The notes under the pieces were generated by a model, which was given only the letters and a program-made list of their open reading frames with translations, was not told where the DNA came from and made no database searches. A DNA stretch of 64,000 nt, taken from the NCBI GenBank assembly GCA_963822445.1, contig CAWGHO010000001.1, forward strand, positions 512,001-576,000, given 5' to 3'. Numbering within the stretch: position 1 is the first letter of the stretch; every line of letters begins with the position of its first letter. Source of the stretch: an uncultured Acidobacteriota bacterium. GTDB lineage: Bacteria; Acidobacteriota; Thermoanaerobaculia; Gp7-AA8. Below, piece after piece: positions 18,270-30,000 of the stretch. Position numbers and translations under genes: made by a program.

Positions 18270-20252
18270 ATGCCGAAGTTCTACCTCACCACAGCGATTC
18301 ACTACGTCAACGACGACCCGCACATCGGGCACATGTACGAGAACATCGTCGGCGACGTCATAGCCCGTCATCGACGGCGCATGGGGGACGATGTCCGCTT
18401 TCTGACAGGCACCGATGAGCATGGGCAGAAGATCGAGCGCGCCGCGGCGAAGGAAGGGATCTCGCCGATCGAGCTCGCCGACCGCGTCGTGAAGACCCAT
18501 CACGCCCTGTGGGAAAAGCTCGGCATCAGCCACGACGACTTCATTCGCACGACCGAGTCGCGGCATCGCATCGGCGTGCTCGAGATGATCCGCCGCATTC
18601 AGGAGCGGAATCCCGAGGACATTTATCTCGGGGAGCACTCCGGCTGGTATTGCCAGAGCGAAGAGACCTTCATCCCCGAAAATCAGGTGAAGGCCGCCCG
18701 CGAGGGCGTATCTGACGCCACGGACGCGGACGGGCACAAGGTCGAGTGGACGACCGAGCGGAATTACTTCTTCAAGCTCTCCCGCTACACGAAGCCGCTC
18801 CTCGAGCACTATCGCGCGAATCCGCAATTCGTCTGGCCGCCGACGCGTCTCAATGAAGTGGTGACGTTCGTCGAGCAGGGTCTGCGTGATCTGTCGATCT
18901 CGCGCAGCTCGATCAAATGGGGCATCCCCTTCCCGGGCAATCCCGATCACGTGATCTACGTCTGGATGGACGCGCTGACGAATTACATCGCCGCGCTCGG
19001 TTTCGGCAGCGCGCAGCACGATCTGTTCGATCGGTACTGGCCGGCGGACATTCATCTCATCGGCAAGGACATCATCCGGTTCCACGCCGTCTACTGGCCG
19101 GCGTTCCTGATGGCGGCCGGCGTCGAGCTGCCGAAGCGCGTCGTCGGCCACGGGTTCTGGCTTCGCGATCAGCAGAAGATCTCGAAGTCGCTGGGCAACG
19201 TCGTGCGTCCGTACAACATCCTCGAGGACTTCGGCGCGGACGCGCTGCGCTACTACGTCACGCGGGAGATGGTCTTCGGCCAGGATCAGGACTATTCGGA
19301 CGAATCACTCCTCACCCGCTACAACGCCGACCTCGCCAACGGCCTCGGCAACGCTTTGTCGCGGGCGATCACCATGGCCAACAGCTACTTCGACGGAAAG
19401 ACGCCGCCGGAGCGCTGCTTCGACAACGAGTTGCGGACCAAGGCCGAGGAGGTCGTGCCGCGCTATCTGCAGTCGATGGACGACCTCGGCTTTCAACGCG
19501 CGCTCGAGGCGGCGTGGGAGCTCGTGGGCGCGATCGATCGTTACATCGTCACGCGCGAACCGTGGAAGCACTTCAAACAACAAGGCGCCGACCGGGCCCT
19601 GGCCCGGATCATCTGGAGCACGCTCGAGGCCCTTCGGATCGTCTGCGTGATGACCGCGCCGTTCATGCCGGTGTCGTCGCGCGAGGCGTTGTCGCGGCTG
19701 GGAGCGGATCCGGAAGAGATCGGGGCCACGGCCTTGCGTTGGGGCCTGCTTCCGGCGAACGCGCCGGTGAGAGTCGGCGAGTCGATCTTTCCGCGCGTCG
19801 ACGTCGCCAAATACATCGGAGATCAAACGAAAATGAGCGAAAGCACCCCTGAACCGCCGGCTCAACCAATTCAAGCAGCGCCTCAAGCGGCGCCGATCGA
19901 AACGACCCAGGCCGTGCCGCCGGATGTCGCCAAGATCGGGATCGACCAGTTCATGCAGACTGATCTGCGCGTGGCGGAGATCCGGGCCGCAGAGCGCGTG
20001 CCGAAGTCGAAGAAGCTCATCAAGATGTCGGTCTTCACCGGCGACGGTGAGCGGACGATCGTCGCGGGCATCGGGACGAAGTACACGCCCGAGGAACTGT
20101 TGGGGCGCAAGGTCGTGATCGTGGCGAACCTGCAGCCGGCGACGCTGATGGGTGTCGAATCGAACGGGATGGTGCTGGCCGCGTCGATCGACGGCGAGCC
20201 CAGCCTGGTGAGTGTCGATCCCGGCGTTCCGGCGGGAACGAAAGTCCGCTGA
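18270..20252 (+). CDS. metG: Methionine--tRNA ligase with C-terminal tRNA-binding domain
   Basis: HIGH, TGTDEHGQK, YVWMDAL, IGKDI, KISKS; C-terminal NLQPATLMGVESNGM. Confidence 0.97.
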   Translation: MPKFYLTTAIHYVNDDPHIGHMYENIVGDVIARHRRRMGDDVRFLTGTDEHGQKIERAAAKEGISPIELADRVVKTHHALWEKLGISHDDFIRTTESRHRIGVLEMIRRIQERNPEDIYLGEHSGWYCQSEETFIPENQVKAAREGVSDATDADGHKVEWTTERNYFFKLSRYTKPLLEHYRANPQFVWPPTRLNEVVTFVEQGLRDLSISRSSIKWGIPFPGNPDHVIYVWMDALTNYIAALGFGSAQHDLFDRYWPADIHLIGKDIIRFHAVYWPAFLMAAGVELPKRVVGHGFWLRDQQKISKSLGNVVRPYNILEDFGADALRYYVTREMVFGQDQDYSDESLLTRYNADLANGLGNALSRAITMANSYFDGKTPPERCFDNELRTKAEEVVPRYLQSMDDLGFQRALEAAWELVGAIDRYIVTREPWKHFKQQGADRALARIIWSTLEALRIVCVMTAPFMPVSSREALSRLGADPEEIGATALRWGLLPANAPVRVGESIFPRVDVAKYIGDQTKMSESTPEPPAQPIQAAPQAAPIETTQAVPPDVAKIGIDQFMQTDLRVAEIRAAERVPKSKKLIKMSVFTGDGERTIVAGIGTKYTPEELLGRKVVIVANLQPATLMGVESNGMVLAASIDGEPSLVSVDPGVPAGTKVR

Positions 20253-20360
20253 CCTTCCACAAAATAGTGGTGACGTAACGGGTCCGCGGACCTACATTGG
20301 CAGCTGTCGCTGCAATGTGGATTTTGGCAGCGACCCAGCCGCCGCGCTCGTGCGCGATGT

Positions 20361-20396
20361 CCCGCTTCCCCTGGCCAGGGAAGCGGGTTTTTGTTT
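20361..20396 (+). terminator. Intrinsic terminator between metG and the RHS gene
   Basis: CCCGCTTCCC...GGGAAGCGGG followed by TTTTTGTTT. Confidence 0.8.
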
Positions 20397-20513
20397 GCGC
20401 GTGAAAAGCGAAACGCCTCCGCCGAAAGTGCCAATACGCAGGTCCGGCCTCCGTCTCTACGAGCGAATACCGCCGATCGCGGTGTCGCCGCTCGCATGGA
20501 GAGGAAAATTTCA

Positions 20514-23500
20514 ATGGTCCGTCTGCGCCGCATCATCGCCGCCGTTCCGTCGCGTTCACCTGTCACGCAAGTTCGTACCATGGCCATCGCGCTCGGTCTT
20601 CTCTGGGCTGTGGCGACGGCGCCGGATGTACAGGCCGTCTGCCAGACTCCCCCTCAGGTAGGGGTCTCGGTGAGCGGCGATCTGAACGGCCAGGTGACGG
20701 CCCAAGTCACTTACAGTTTTCCGGACACCGAGGGCGCCGGGCACCGCCATCTCTCGCTGAGCGTCAAGCGAGACGGCGATACAGCGGGCGCCTTTCTCGG
20801 GGCGATACAGCCCGAGCAAATCTCCGGAGTGTGGGAGGTCAGCCACAGCCTCTCCTGCTCGCCACCCGGAACGTATGTTTACACCGCGCAGGCCATTTCC
20901 TGTGGCAAGGCCGATCTCAAGAGAGAGGCGACGGATTCGTATGAGCTCATTACCCAGACCACAGGGGACATCACGTACGACGGCCCCGACGATCTAAGCC
21001 ACGGCACCGTCACCGTCGACTACAACTTTCCGAACACTTCGGCGGACTCGCACCGGTTTCTCTCGCATCGCGTCATCGACCCCGACGGCTTCTCAGGTCT
21101 TGGTCCTTCGCTGCACCCGACCCAGCAACAAGGCCAGTGGATCTTCCCCTTCAACATGGCCTGTCGACGCAGCGGGACGTACATCCACGAGATCACCGCG
21201 CGTCATTGCAACGGACAGGTCGTGACCAAGACCGACGTCGCGGTCGTCCAGGCTACGCCAACGATCTCCGTCTCGGCCGAGGGTCCGGATCCGACAGGCA
21301 ACGTAGTGGTGACCATGGACTTCGGCTTTCCGAACACCGATGCTCCCGGCTATCGACATCTGCAACCCTGGATCGAAACGGAATCCGGGACGATCGCGAT
21401 GCAGGGGTTTCCACCCGAGCAGCAATACGGTCAGTACATCTTCACGTACAACGCGGCGTGCTTCGTGGGCGAGCTCACATTCGTGGGCGAAGTGCGGAGT
21501 TGCAATGGCGAAACAGCGCAGGCTCGCGACTCGGTGACGATCGATCCGAAACCGAGCGTATCGCTCTCGTATTCGGAGCAGAACGGCGGCGTTGCGTCAG
21601 TGACGTATGACTTCCCGAACACCAATCATCACGTGCAGAGGCTGCTGGAGCTATACATCGACGACGCCTTCGCCGGCGCTTACGAAGCACCATCGACAAA
21701 CGGCGTCTGGTCGCCCACGGTCGGAACGTGCTGGAAAAAGCTACGGGTCGTGGCCACGGCTTGTGGCCAGCGCGGAAACGACGAGTTCACCGCCGAGGAC
21801 GAGATCGAGCAAGAGGACAAGACCAAGGATGCGGTCTCGGTGGCGCTTCTCAAGGTCAGCGACACGGACATTCAGGCAACCATTACCTGGCACGATGTAA
21901 TCGCCGGGGGCACGATCAAGCTCGAGCTTCAGAACTGGACGAACCCTGCCGGACAGGAGATCCCGGGCGGACCATTGACGACCTTCACGGCTACGACGGC
22001 CAGTGGCACGCACGTGTTCACATTCTCCAGACCTCCAGGAGCCCGGCAACTGAAAGTGCTGGCCACAGCTCCCACAGCGTGCGGGCCTGCGACCGACGAC
22101 GCCTGGATCGAGTGCGGCTGCGAAGACGCCACGCTCAACCCGGTGTATTGGAGCGACGGGAACATGAGACTGACCGATGGCGAGCCGTTGCCGGCCATCG
22201 GCGGGCATGGGCTCACCCGGACGTATGACAGCGACGAACAGCTCGGCGGCCTGTTCGGCCGCGGATGGACCACGCTCTTCGAGCAGCGTCTCATCACCCA
22301 CGACGACGGTGCGATCTCGATCCTGAGCGCCACCAACGAGGCTGTGACTTTTCGCCCGGCGGCAGGGTCGTTCCGGCAGACGTGGCCACGGTCCCAATCG
22401 CCGGGGACGCTCGCCCATGATGCTGCGGCGGGAACGTTCACATACCGAGCTCCCGGTTCCACGGAAACGGCAATCTTCCGCGCCGCCGATGGCCGGCTTC
22501 TGACGCTGCGCGACGCAGCGAACGCCCGCGAGGCGGTGATCGCGTACGACGCGCAGGGCCGGCCTTCGACATTCACCGACGCTGTGACCGGTGTGACGTG
22601 GAACCTGACCATCAACGCGCAACGGAGAGTCACGTCCATCGGCGTGGCCTCCCATCCGGAACTGACCTGGACCTATTCGTACGACGCGAACGGCAACCTG
22701 CTGTCGGTATTCGCGCCCGGGAATGCGGTCTGGCGAACCTACGAATACGAAAACGATTGGATGACGGCGTCGTACGACGCACTGGGCAACCTCATCGAAA
22801 GTCATACCTACGACGCGGAAGGCCGCGCCATCACGTCCACGGGCGACGGCGATGAGATCGCGAACATCGAATATGGCTTGCCCGGCGCGACTGCCGGAGA
22901 ACGAGTGACTCGCGTGACGTACAAGACCGGCGCAACGGCCGAGTACGCGCTTCGGGCCGTGGGTGGTGCGTGGCGGGCCGTGTCCGTGCGTGGCAGCTGC
23001 GCGAGTTGCGGAGCGGACGAAGCCACGTACGTCCGCGACACGCAGGGCCGTGCGATTCGCCAGCAAGGAGCGGACGGCTACATTCAGGCCACCACCTACG
23101 CCGGCGATCGGGTCCAGTCCAGGGAGCGGGCGTTGAAGCCGGCGGGCTGCGATCCGCAGACTGACCCGCAACGTTGCCGACTGGGACCGGATGCATTGGC
23201 GACGGCATTGCTCGAGCCGACCGCGGCAACGGTCGAGACTACCTACGAATACAGCGATTCACGGTGGCCCGACAGAATCACGGCAAGAACGACCCCAAGC
23301 GTCCGCGCGCCCGCGAATCAGCGCCGCGAGGAGTACACCTACCATCCCGTGACAGGAGCGGGCAACAGCGCGACCGTCCGCGGCTGGGCGGATGAAGAAG
23401 AGCCGGAAATCGATCGCGTCACGCGGACGTCGTTCTACGGCGACGTGCCGGCGTGCGGCCAGGAGCCGTGTCCACCATCCGATCCCCATGCTCCGGCCTT

Positions 23501-26402
23501 TGCACCGGGCGGCTCGTTCCAGAGTGCGTGGCTCGCACTGCCGCAGCCATCGCATCTGCCGAAAGCGATCGACGGCTCGCGCACGGATGTGCAGGACATC
23601 ACTGCGCGAGTGTATTACCCGATCGATGCGTCCGTCCCGGCATTGCTTCGCGGGCGACTGGCGGCGACGAAAAACGCGGCCGGACACATCACTCGCTACG
23701 AGGGTTATGACGTCTTCGGCAACGTCACCCGGATCGTCGATCCGAACGGCGTGGTCACCGAAATGACTTTCGACACCCTCGGCCGGCTGTCCACATCGAC
23801 GACCAGAGGTGTGGCGGGCTGCAACACCACGGACGATCCTCTGTGCGCCACGGACCTCACCGTCACGCGCGCGTATGCCTCTGTTGTCGGACCATTGCGG
23901 CTGGAACGGGCACCCGGCGGCGGCGTGACGGTCTATACCTACGATGCGCGCGGCCGCGTGCAGACGATCTCGCGCGGCCCGTCCGAGAGTGACCTGCGCG
24001 AACAGATCGAAACGAGCTACGACGCGCTGACCGGCAAGAAGAGCATCGAGCGGACGCTGGCCCGTGAGGCGGGAACGTGGGTCGAGAAACGGCGCCAGTC
24101 GTTCTCGTACGACGGGCAGGCGCGATTGCAGACCGTCACTCACGCGGACGGCGCCGCGATCCACTACACGTACGACTCCGCGGATCGCCTCGCGGGAGTC
24201 CGCGATGAAAATCATGCGGCTCCCAACACGCTCTATGCGTACGACCCCGCTGGACGAATGGCAACCGTGACGCAGACGCTCGCCAACGCACCGGGCGGCG
24301 TCATCACCACACGCTATTCATATGACACGCATGACAACCTGACCACGGTCACCGACCCGAATGGAAACGTCACCAGCTACGTGTACGACGATTTCGGTCA
24401 GATGGCTTCGCAACACAGTCCTGTCACCGGGACGACCGCCTACGCCTACGACACTGCCGGAAATCCGACGCAAGTGGTCGACGCGAACGGAGCCGTGACG
24501 ACGCGCACGTACGACGTCCTGAACCGAGTCACGACCGCCACATCCACCTTGGCTCCCGTGTCAGAAGTCGTGTCTTGGTCCTATGACGACCCGACGACCG
24601 GACGCTTTGCCATCGGCCGGCTGGCGACAATGGGAGATCCCAGCGGCCTGACGGCGTACAGCTACGACCGGCGCGGCTTGCTGCGGCTCGAGACGCACGC
24701 GATGCTCGACTCGACCTTCGTGCAGACCTATGGATATGACGCGAACGGCAATCGAACCTCCATCGGTTATCCGTCCGGCCGTGTCGTGACGTATGTGTTC
24801 GACAATGCCGGACGACCGATCGCGGCCACGGGCACGGCCGCGGGACAGGTCACTCCCTACGTCACGGGCGCGGCCTACCTGCCGTTCGGCCCGATGACCT
24901 CGCTGACCCTCGGCAACGGCACCACCGAAACACGAACGTACAACACGCGATACCTGCCGCTGGCGAACCGCCTGGCCTACGGTGCGACGACGATCGCTCA
25001 CTACACGCATCAGACCGATCCGGCCGGCAACATCACCGCCATCACCGACCTGATGCAGCCGACTTACAGCCGCACGTTCGGGTACGACGATCTCCATCGG
25101 CTGACAGTCGCAAATACTGGCGCCTCGCTGTGGGGCACTGGATCGTACTCGTATGACCGGATGGGCAACATGCTCTCGGCAACGCTCGGCGGCAACCCGA
25201 GAACGTTCTCACACCAGGGCACGACACCGCGGATTGCCACGGCCACGGGCTTGGGAGGATCGATGGCGTACGACGCCGCGGGTAACGAGTTGAAGAGTCC
25301 GGCCGGCGATCCGGAGGACGGCTCACCGGCTGCCTCGTATTCGCCCCGTAACCTGCTGCAGTCGCAGTTCGTACGCGCTTATGACCGCTGCTATGAGGAG
25401 CAAGGCAGCGCATGTATCCAACCCGACCCCGTGCAGGAGTGGCGATCGAACGTTTACGACGGCCGCGGCGTGCGCGTGCAGTCGACCAGGACCATCATCA
25501 GCCTCGGCTCGATCACCATCGAGGATCCGCCGCCGGCGGAGCTGTTCTTTTACACGCCTGAGTTGAAGATGCTGAACGTCGTGTCTCCCACCTACGGCCG
25601 CGTGGCCGACGTGATCTGGTTCGGATCACGGCCCGTCGCGGATCATGATGAGAGCACGGTCCGCTACACCTTCACCGATCATCTCGACACGCCAATCCTT
25701 CAGACCGTGTCCAACGGCGCGGTGGTATGGCGCGTGGAGTACGAACCCTTCGGCAATGTTTACGCTCTACGCGCCGGCGACGCCGCCGACGACCAACCCC
25801 TCCGCTTCCCCGGCCAGCAGGTCGCGTACAACACTGGCTCCGGAGAGGAGACCTACAACGTCTTCCGGTGGTACCGGAGCGGGTGGGGGCGGTATACGCA
25901 GGCGGATCCGATTGGAATCCACGGAGGTCTAAATCTCTACGCATATGTGAACGGCCAACCCACAGCTCATACCGATCGTTTCGGCCTCGCGGGCGACCTC
26001 GCTATGGAAACGATTAGCCCGGTCGCGCAATTGCTGGCGCACCTGCTCGACACGTTCTATGAAGACATCCAGAAACGGCGGGCTGACGGTCACCAGCGTT
26101 TCCCGGGCGAAGAGAACTCCAGAATGCGACACTGCACCGTAAGCTGCGAAGCCGCACAGTTTTGGGGTAAGCCGTTAGTTCGATTTGCTGGTGGCGCAAA
26201 CGAAATTCAAGGGTTTGTGCGCTGGGACATTCTCAATATCTGGAGCCGGATCACCGGGAAATCACCTTGGGCATTCCAGTTCGACGATCTCGCGAACAAC
26301 GAGCAGGGCTTCGCCTGCGTGGATCGGCTTGCGTCAGGTAACGACAAGCAGTGCACGACCTGTGAAGAGTGCTGCGCCGGAAAGTGCTGCGGTAACAAAT
26401 GA
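20514..26402 (+). CDS. RHS/YD-repeat protein with N-terminal Ig-like repeats and C-terminal toxin domain
   Basis: Many YD repeats; core PLRFPGQ...RYTQADPIG..GLNLYAYVNGQP..TDRFGL; hydrophobic signal-like N-terminus; start codon uncertain. Confidence 0.92.
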   Translation: MVRLRRIIAAVPSRSPVTQVRTMAIALGLLWAVATAPDVQAVCQTPPQVGVSVSGDLNGQVTAQVTYSFPDTEGAGHRHLSLSVKRDGDTAGAFLGAIQPEQISGVWEVSHSLSCSPPGTYVYTAQAISCGKADLKREATDSYELITQTTGDITYDGPDDLSHGTVTVDYNFPNTSADSHRFLSHRVIDPDGFSGLGPSLHPTQQQGQWIFPFNMACRRSGTYIHEITARHCNGQVVTKTDVAVVQATPTISVSAEGPDPTGNVVVTMDFGFPNTDAPGYRHLQPWIETESGTIAMQGFPPEQQYGQYIFTYNAACFVGELTFVGEVRSCNGETAQARDSVTIDPKPSVSLSYSEQNGGVASVTYDFPNTNHHVQRLLELYIDDAFAGAYEAPSTNGVWSPTVGTCWKKLRVVATACGQRGNDEFTAEDEIEQEDKTKDAVSVALLKVSDTDIQATITWHDVIAGGTIKLELQNWTNPAGQEIPGGPLTTFTATTASGTHVFTFSRPPGARQLKVLATAPTACGPATDDAWIECGCEDATLNPVYWSDGNMRLTDGEPLPAIGGHGLTRTYDSDEQLGGLFGRGWTTLFEQRLITHDDGAISILSATNEAVTFRPAAGSFRQTWPRSQSPGTLAHDAAAGTFTYRAPGSTETAIFRAADGRLLTLRDAANAREAVIAYDAQGRPSTFTDAVTGVTWNLTINAQRRVTSIGVASHPELTWTYSYDANGNLLSVFAPGNAVWRTYEYENDWMTASYDALGNLIESHTYDAEGRAITSTGDGDEIANIEYGLPGATAGERVTRVTYKTGATAEYALRAVGGAWRAVSVRGSCASCGADEATYVRDTQGRAIRQQGADGYIQATTYAGDRVQSRERALKPAGCDPQTDPQRCRLGPDALATALLEPTAATVETTYEYSDSRWPDRITARTTPSVRAPANQRREEYTYHPVTGAGNSATVRGWADEEEPEIDRVTRTSFYGDVPACGQEPCPPSDPHAPAFAPGGSFQSAWLALPQPSHLPKAIDGSRTDVQDITARVYYPIDASVPALLRGRLAATKNAAGHITRYEGYDVFGNVTRIVDPNGVVTEMTFDTLGRLSTSTTRGVAGCNTTDDPLCATDLTVTRAYASVVGPLRLERAPGGGVTVYTYDARGRVQTISRGPSESDLREQIETSYDALTGKKSIERTLAREAGTWVEKRRQSFSYDGQARLQTVTHADGAAIHYTYDSADRLAGVRDENHAAPNTLYAYDPAGRMATVTQTLANAPGGVITTRYSYDTHDNLTTVTDPNGNVTSYVYDDFGQMASQHSPVTGTTAYAYDTAGNPTQVVDANGAVTTRTYDVLNRVTTATSTLAPVSEVVSWSYDDPTTGRFAIGRLATMGDPSGLTAYSYDRRGLLRLETHAMLDSTFVQTYGYDANGNRTSIGYPSGRVVTYVFDNAGRPIAATGTAAGQVTPYVTGAAYLPFGPMTSLTLGNGTTETRTYNTRYLPLANRLAYGATTIAHYTHQTDPAGNITAITDLMQPTYSRTFGYDDLHRLTVANTGASLWGTGSYSYDRMGNMLSATLGGNPRTFSHQGTTPRIATATGLGGSMAYDAAGNELKSPAGDPEDGSPAASYSPRNLLQSQFVRAYDRCYEEQGSACIQPDPVQEWRSNVYDGRGVRVQSTRTIISLGSITIEDPPPAELFFYTPELKMLNVVSPTYGRVADVIWFGSRPVADHDESTVRYTFTDHLDTPILQTVSNGAVVWRVEYEPFGNVYALRAGDAADDQPLRFPGQQVAYNTGSGEETYNVFRWYRSGWGRYTQADPIGIHGGLNLYAYVNGQPTAHTDRFGLAGDLAMETISPVAQLLAHLLDTFYEDIQKRRADGHQRFPGEENSRMRHCTVSCEAAQFWGKPLVRFAGGANEIQGFVRWDILNIWSRITGKSPWAFQFDDLANNEQGFACVDRLASGNDKQCTTCEECCAGKCCGNK

Positions 26403-26746
26403 GAGTTATCCTCAGTCTTGCGTTCGCTACGCTCCTCGCTTGTTCGGATGCGAAGCCGAGCCAGGAAGATCAGCGCCGAGAAGCACTGCTTGAGCAGCAG
26501 TATGGTGCGGAGTATGACTTTCGCCTCGAGGACGTCTATATCGTCGCGACGCGCCGGTCTGGTGAACCCACCCACCGTGAAGCAGCCGCGATCAGCAAGG
26601 CTTTTTGGTCCGACACAACTGGTCAGCTCCGCAGTGATACGACGATGACGTACCTCAATATGCACGGTCCAGCGGGATTTCAGTTCCAGGCGTACTACGA
26701 TCGAAAGTCGGGTGAACTGAAGTTTGCGACCACCGAGCACTACTGA
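26399..26746 (+). CDS. Lipoprotein, putative RHS immunity protein
   Basis: ATGA overlap with the RHS stop; lipobox LLAC. Confidence 0.7.
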   Translation: MRVILSLAFATLLACSDAKPSQEDQRREALLEQQYGAEYDFRLEDVYIVATRRSGEPTHREAAAISKAFWSDTTGQLRSDTTMTYLNMHGPAGFQFQAYYDRKSGELKFATTEHY

Positions 26747-27046
26747 TGGCGAAGAGAGATGTAACAAGCATGTGCAGGGTGTCCAAATGGGGATCTGTCA
26801 TATTTTTCCTCCGCGAAGGTTGGTGGTTCTGACTCACCGATGTCCATCCGAGACAGGGCAGTGACGTGCTTGACGAAGCGTCGTCGCGAGATTGACTAAC
26901 TGCCCGAGGTGATGAGCAAGACCAAGGTGTCCTGGTTCGTCGAAAGCACCCAAGGACGATAGAAACTCGCAATCTGATCGCCAACCGGCTCGACGATCCC
27001 GTTCCCTTCCACCACCGCCCTTCCTCCCCTCCGCTAAACTCCCTCC

Positions 27047-30000
27047 ATGCTCAGCCTTCTCCTACTCCTCGGTATTGCCGTGCCGGTCGGTGGTGTGTGG
27101 CCCCCGCCCGCTGAGACGGTCGCGACTGAATTCGTTCGTGTGCTCCGTTCGGGCGACATGGAGCAGCTGGCGACGATCGCCACGGGCGCAGCGGTTGCCT
27201 CCGAGGATTGGAGAGAGCTGCGCCACGCCGTAGAGAAGTTCGACTGCATCTCCATTCGCGCGCATTCCGTCGAGGTAACGAACATTACCGAGACTGAGGC
27301 CGCGCTTGTCGTGACCACCGACGCCACCGCGTTCGCACGTGGAAACAAGTCCCCCCTTCGCCTTCCGAGGCGCTGGCATGTCGTCGCCGTGCCTGCCGAC
27401 GGTGGCTGGAAACTGCAGAGCATCCTCAACGAGGAAAAAGTGATCGCCCGCCGTCTCATGGCCGTGCCGGAACTGACCGAGCAGACGTTCCTCGACGCGG
27501 TGGGAAACGGCGACCTCGAGCGCATCCTGCTCGAGTTCATCAGCCACCCGGGACTCTACGCGAACGAAGGGACCGCGAAAGCAGACCTCGCCCGAGGCAT
27601 CGCCAGGAAGCGCGGCCTCGTGATGCCCGAGCTCGTCTCCCTGCTCGAGGAATCTCTCCTTCTGCTTGAACACAGGAACAACCCGGCCGGTGCGCAAGAA
27701 GTCGGAGAGAGGATGATCGCCTTCGCGGAGCTGCATGCCCTTCCCGACGGCCTTGCCACGGCGCGGCTGACCGCTGGCGTGCTCGCCTGGCGCAACGGAC
27801 GCTTCGACGATGCGCTCGAACACTTCGCAGTCGCGTCCTCGCTGATGAACGACGTCGAGGATCCCCGGGGCCCGATGAAAGCGCTGTACATGCGCGCTCT
27901 CCTGTTGATGAACCGCGGTCGCTATCGCGAAGCTTTGGCATCCGCGGCGATCCTCGGCGATGCGGCGGAGCGATTCTCGTGGCTCGAAGGTGTGTTCCTG
28001 ACGTCCGTTCTTCGCGGTTCAACCTTCACCCTGCTGCAGGACAAGTCGACGGCCGCCCATTTCGACCGGCATGCTCTCCGGCTGGCCGAACGGATGCGTC
28101 GCGAAGAATTCATCACCATCAGTCTTTCCAACCTCGCCGAGGCCGAAGAGGCCTTGGAAAACGGCGCCGAGGCCGCGCGGCTCCGGCAGAGAATCGTCGC
28201 CCGTGCGCGCTCGGCGAAGGCGGATCAGGCGGCGCTCGCCACGATGCATTTGTCTCTGGCCACGGCGCTCGCGAAAGACAACCGTCGGGCCCAAGCCGAT
28301 GCCGAGCTCCAGACGGCGCTTCGCATCGCACGGAGCTCGCCCGAAAAGCTGCTCGAAGCGGAGATCGTGCAGGCGTTGGCGCAGCTCCGGCTCGCTGAAA
28401 GCCGCCCTGAAGAAGCGCTTAGATTCGCCGAGGAAGCCGATGCGCTCGCTCGCCAGTTCGGAGCGACCATCGGTCTCCATCGCGGCACCAGACTCTGGGC
28501 CATCCGCAGTACGCTCGGCAGCGCTCTCCGCGCGACCGGAAAAGAGCGGGAAGCGGCCGAGGCGCTGCGGTCCTCGATCGATCTGATCGAAGCGGCGCGC
28601 TCGAGTGTCGGCGCCGACGAGGTCGCGTTGTCCTCGTTCCTGCGGGACAAGGCACATCCTTACCTCGAACTGATGTCGCTGCACATCGACCAGGGACGCT
28701 CCCTCGATGCTCTCGTTGTCTCCGAACGGTTCCGCGCGCGCGCACTGGCGACCGCCGCCGCCCAGGGGAATGTCGATCCGTTCGCGTCAATGACGGAGGC
28801 GGATCGCAAACGTCATGACTCTTTGCAGGACGCGATCTCGGACCTGAATCGCAAGCTGCTGGCTGACCGAGACGCCCCCGCGAATGCCGCGATCGACGAG
28901 CAACTTGGTCAGGTGCGCGCCGAGCTACGCGCATTCCTTTCCCAAATCTACGCCGCGCGCGCGGACATCCGGCACCGCAGCCTCGAGGACCCGGCGATCG
29001 TGCTCGCGGATGGCGCGCGCGTGCTTCCGGATGCCAACGAGATCGCGCTGAGTTTCTCCGTGCACGATGATCGAACCTACGTGTTTTGCATCGAGCGTGC
29101 GGCGGACCGGCTGGAGCTGTCGGTCCGGCGAATTCCGGTCGGAAAAGCCGAGCTCGAGGAACGGATCCGCCGGTTCGTCGCGCGCATCGAGCGGCGAGAC
29201 CTCGACTATCGGCGCGACGCGCGCTCCCTTCACGACCTCCTCCTGCAGCCGTTCGCCTCGCAGGTAGCGGGCAAACGGCTGCTCTACCTCATCCCTGATG
29301 GCATGCTGTGGCGCCTGCCGTTCCAGGCCCTGCAGCGGCCTGACGGAAAATACGTGGCCGAGACGGTGGCCGTGGCCTATACGCCGTCACTGCTGTTGCT
29401 TCGAAACAAGCGTCGCCGCGATCAGGCAGAGCCGGCCAGGCCGGCACTCCTGGCCATCGCGGATCCCACACTGCCGCAATACACGGCCACCACGGCCCGC
29501 GCCACGCACCGGGATGTGGATCTCGGTCCGCTTCCGGATACGCGATCGGAGGTAGAGGCGATCCGGGACCTGTATGACGAAAAGAGCCGGGTTCTTCTCG
29601 GCCCCGCTGCCACCGAGTCGGCCGCGAAGTCGCTTGCGCCGCGGTTCGGGGTTCTCCACTTCGCAACGCACGGCATTCTCGTCGACGGAGCGCCGATGTA
29701 TTCGGCGCTGGTTCTCGCGGGCTCGGGTACGGACGACGGGCTGCTCGAAGCGCGAGAGATGATGGAGCTGCCTCTGGGCGCTGATCTCGCGATTCTTTCG
29801 GCCTGCGAATCCGCCGGTGGGGACGTCACGCCCGGCGAAGGCATCATCGGAATGTCGTGGGCGCTCATGGTTGCCGGCTGCCGCAATACCGTCGTCAGCC
29901 AGTGGAAGGTCGAATCGCGAAGCACGGCCGCACTGATGATCGCGTTTCATCGCCACGCCGCGCGCGGCGGCGACTATGCCTACGCCCTCCAGCGCGCACA

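Noticed and set aside
18640-18770. MetG knuckle lacking most zinc cysteines
   Set aside because: Zinc-free knuckle variants are an established MetRS subfamily
26747-27030. Orphan RHS C-terminal/immunity module
   Set aside because: No RHS core motif or convincing ORF
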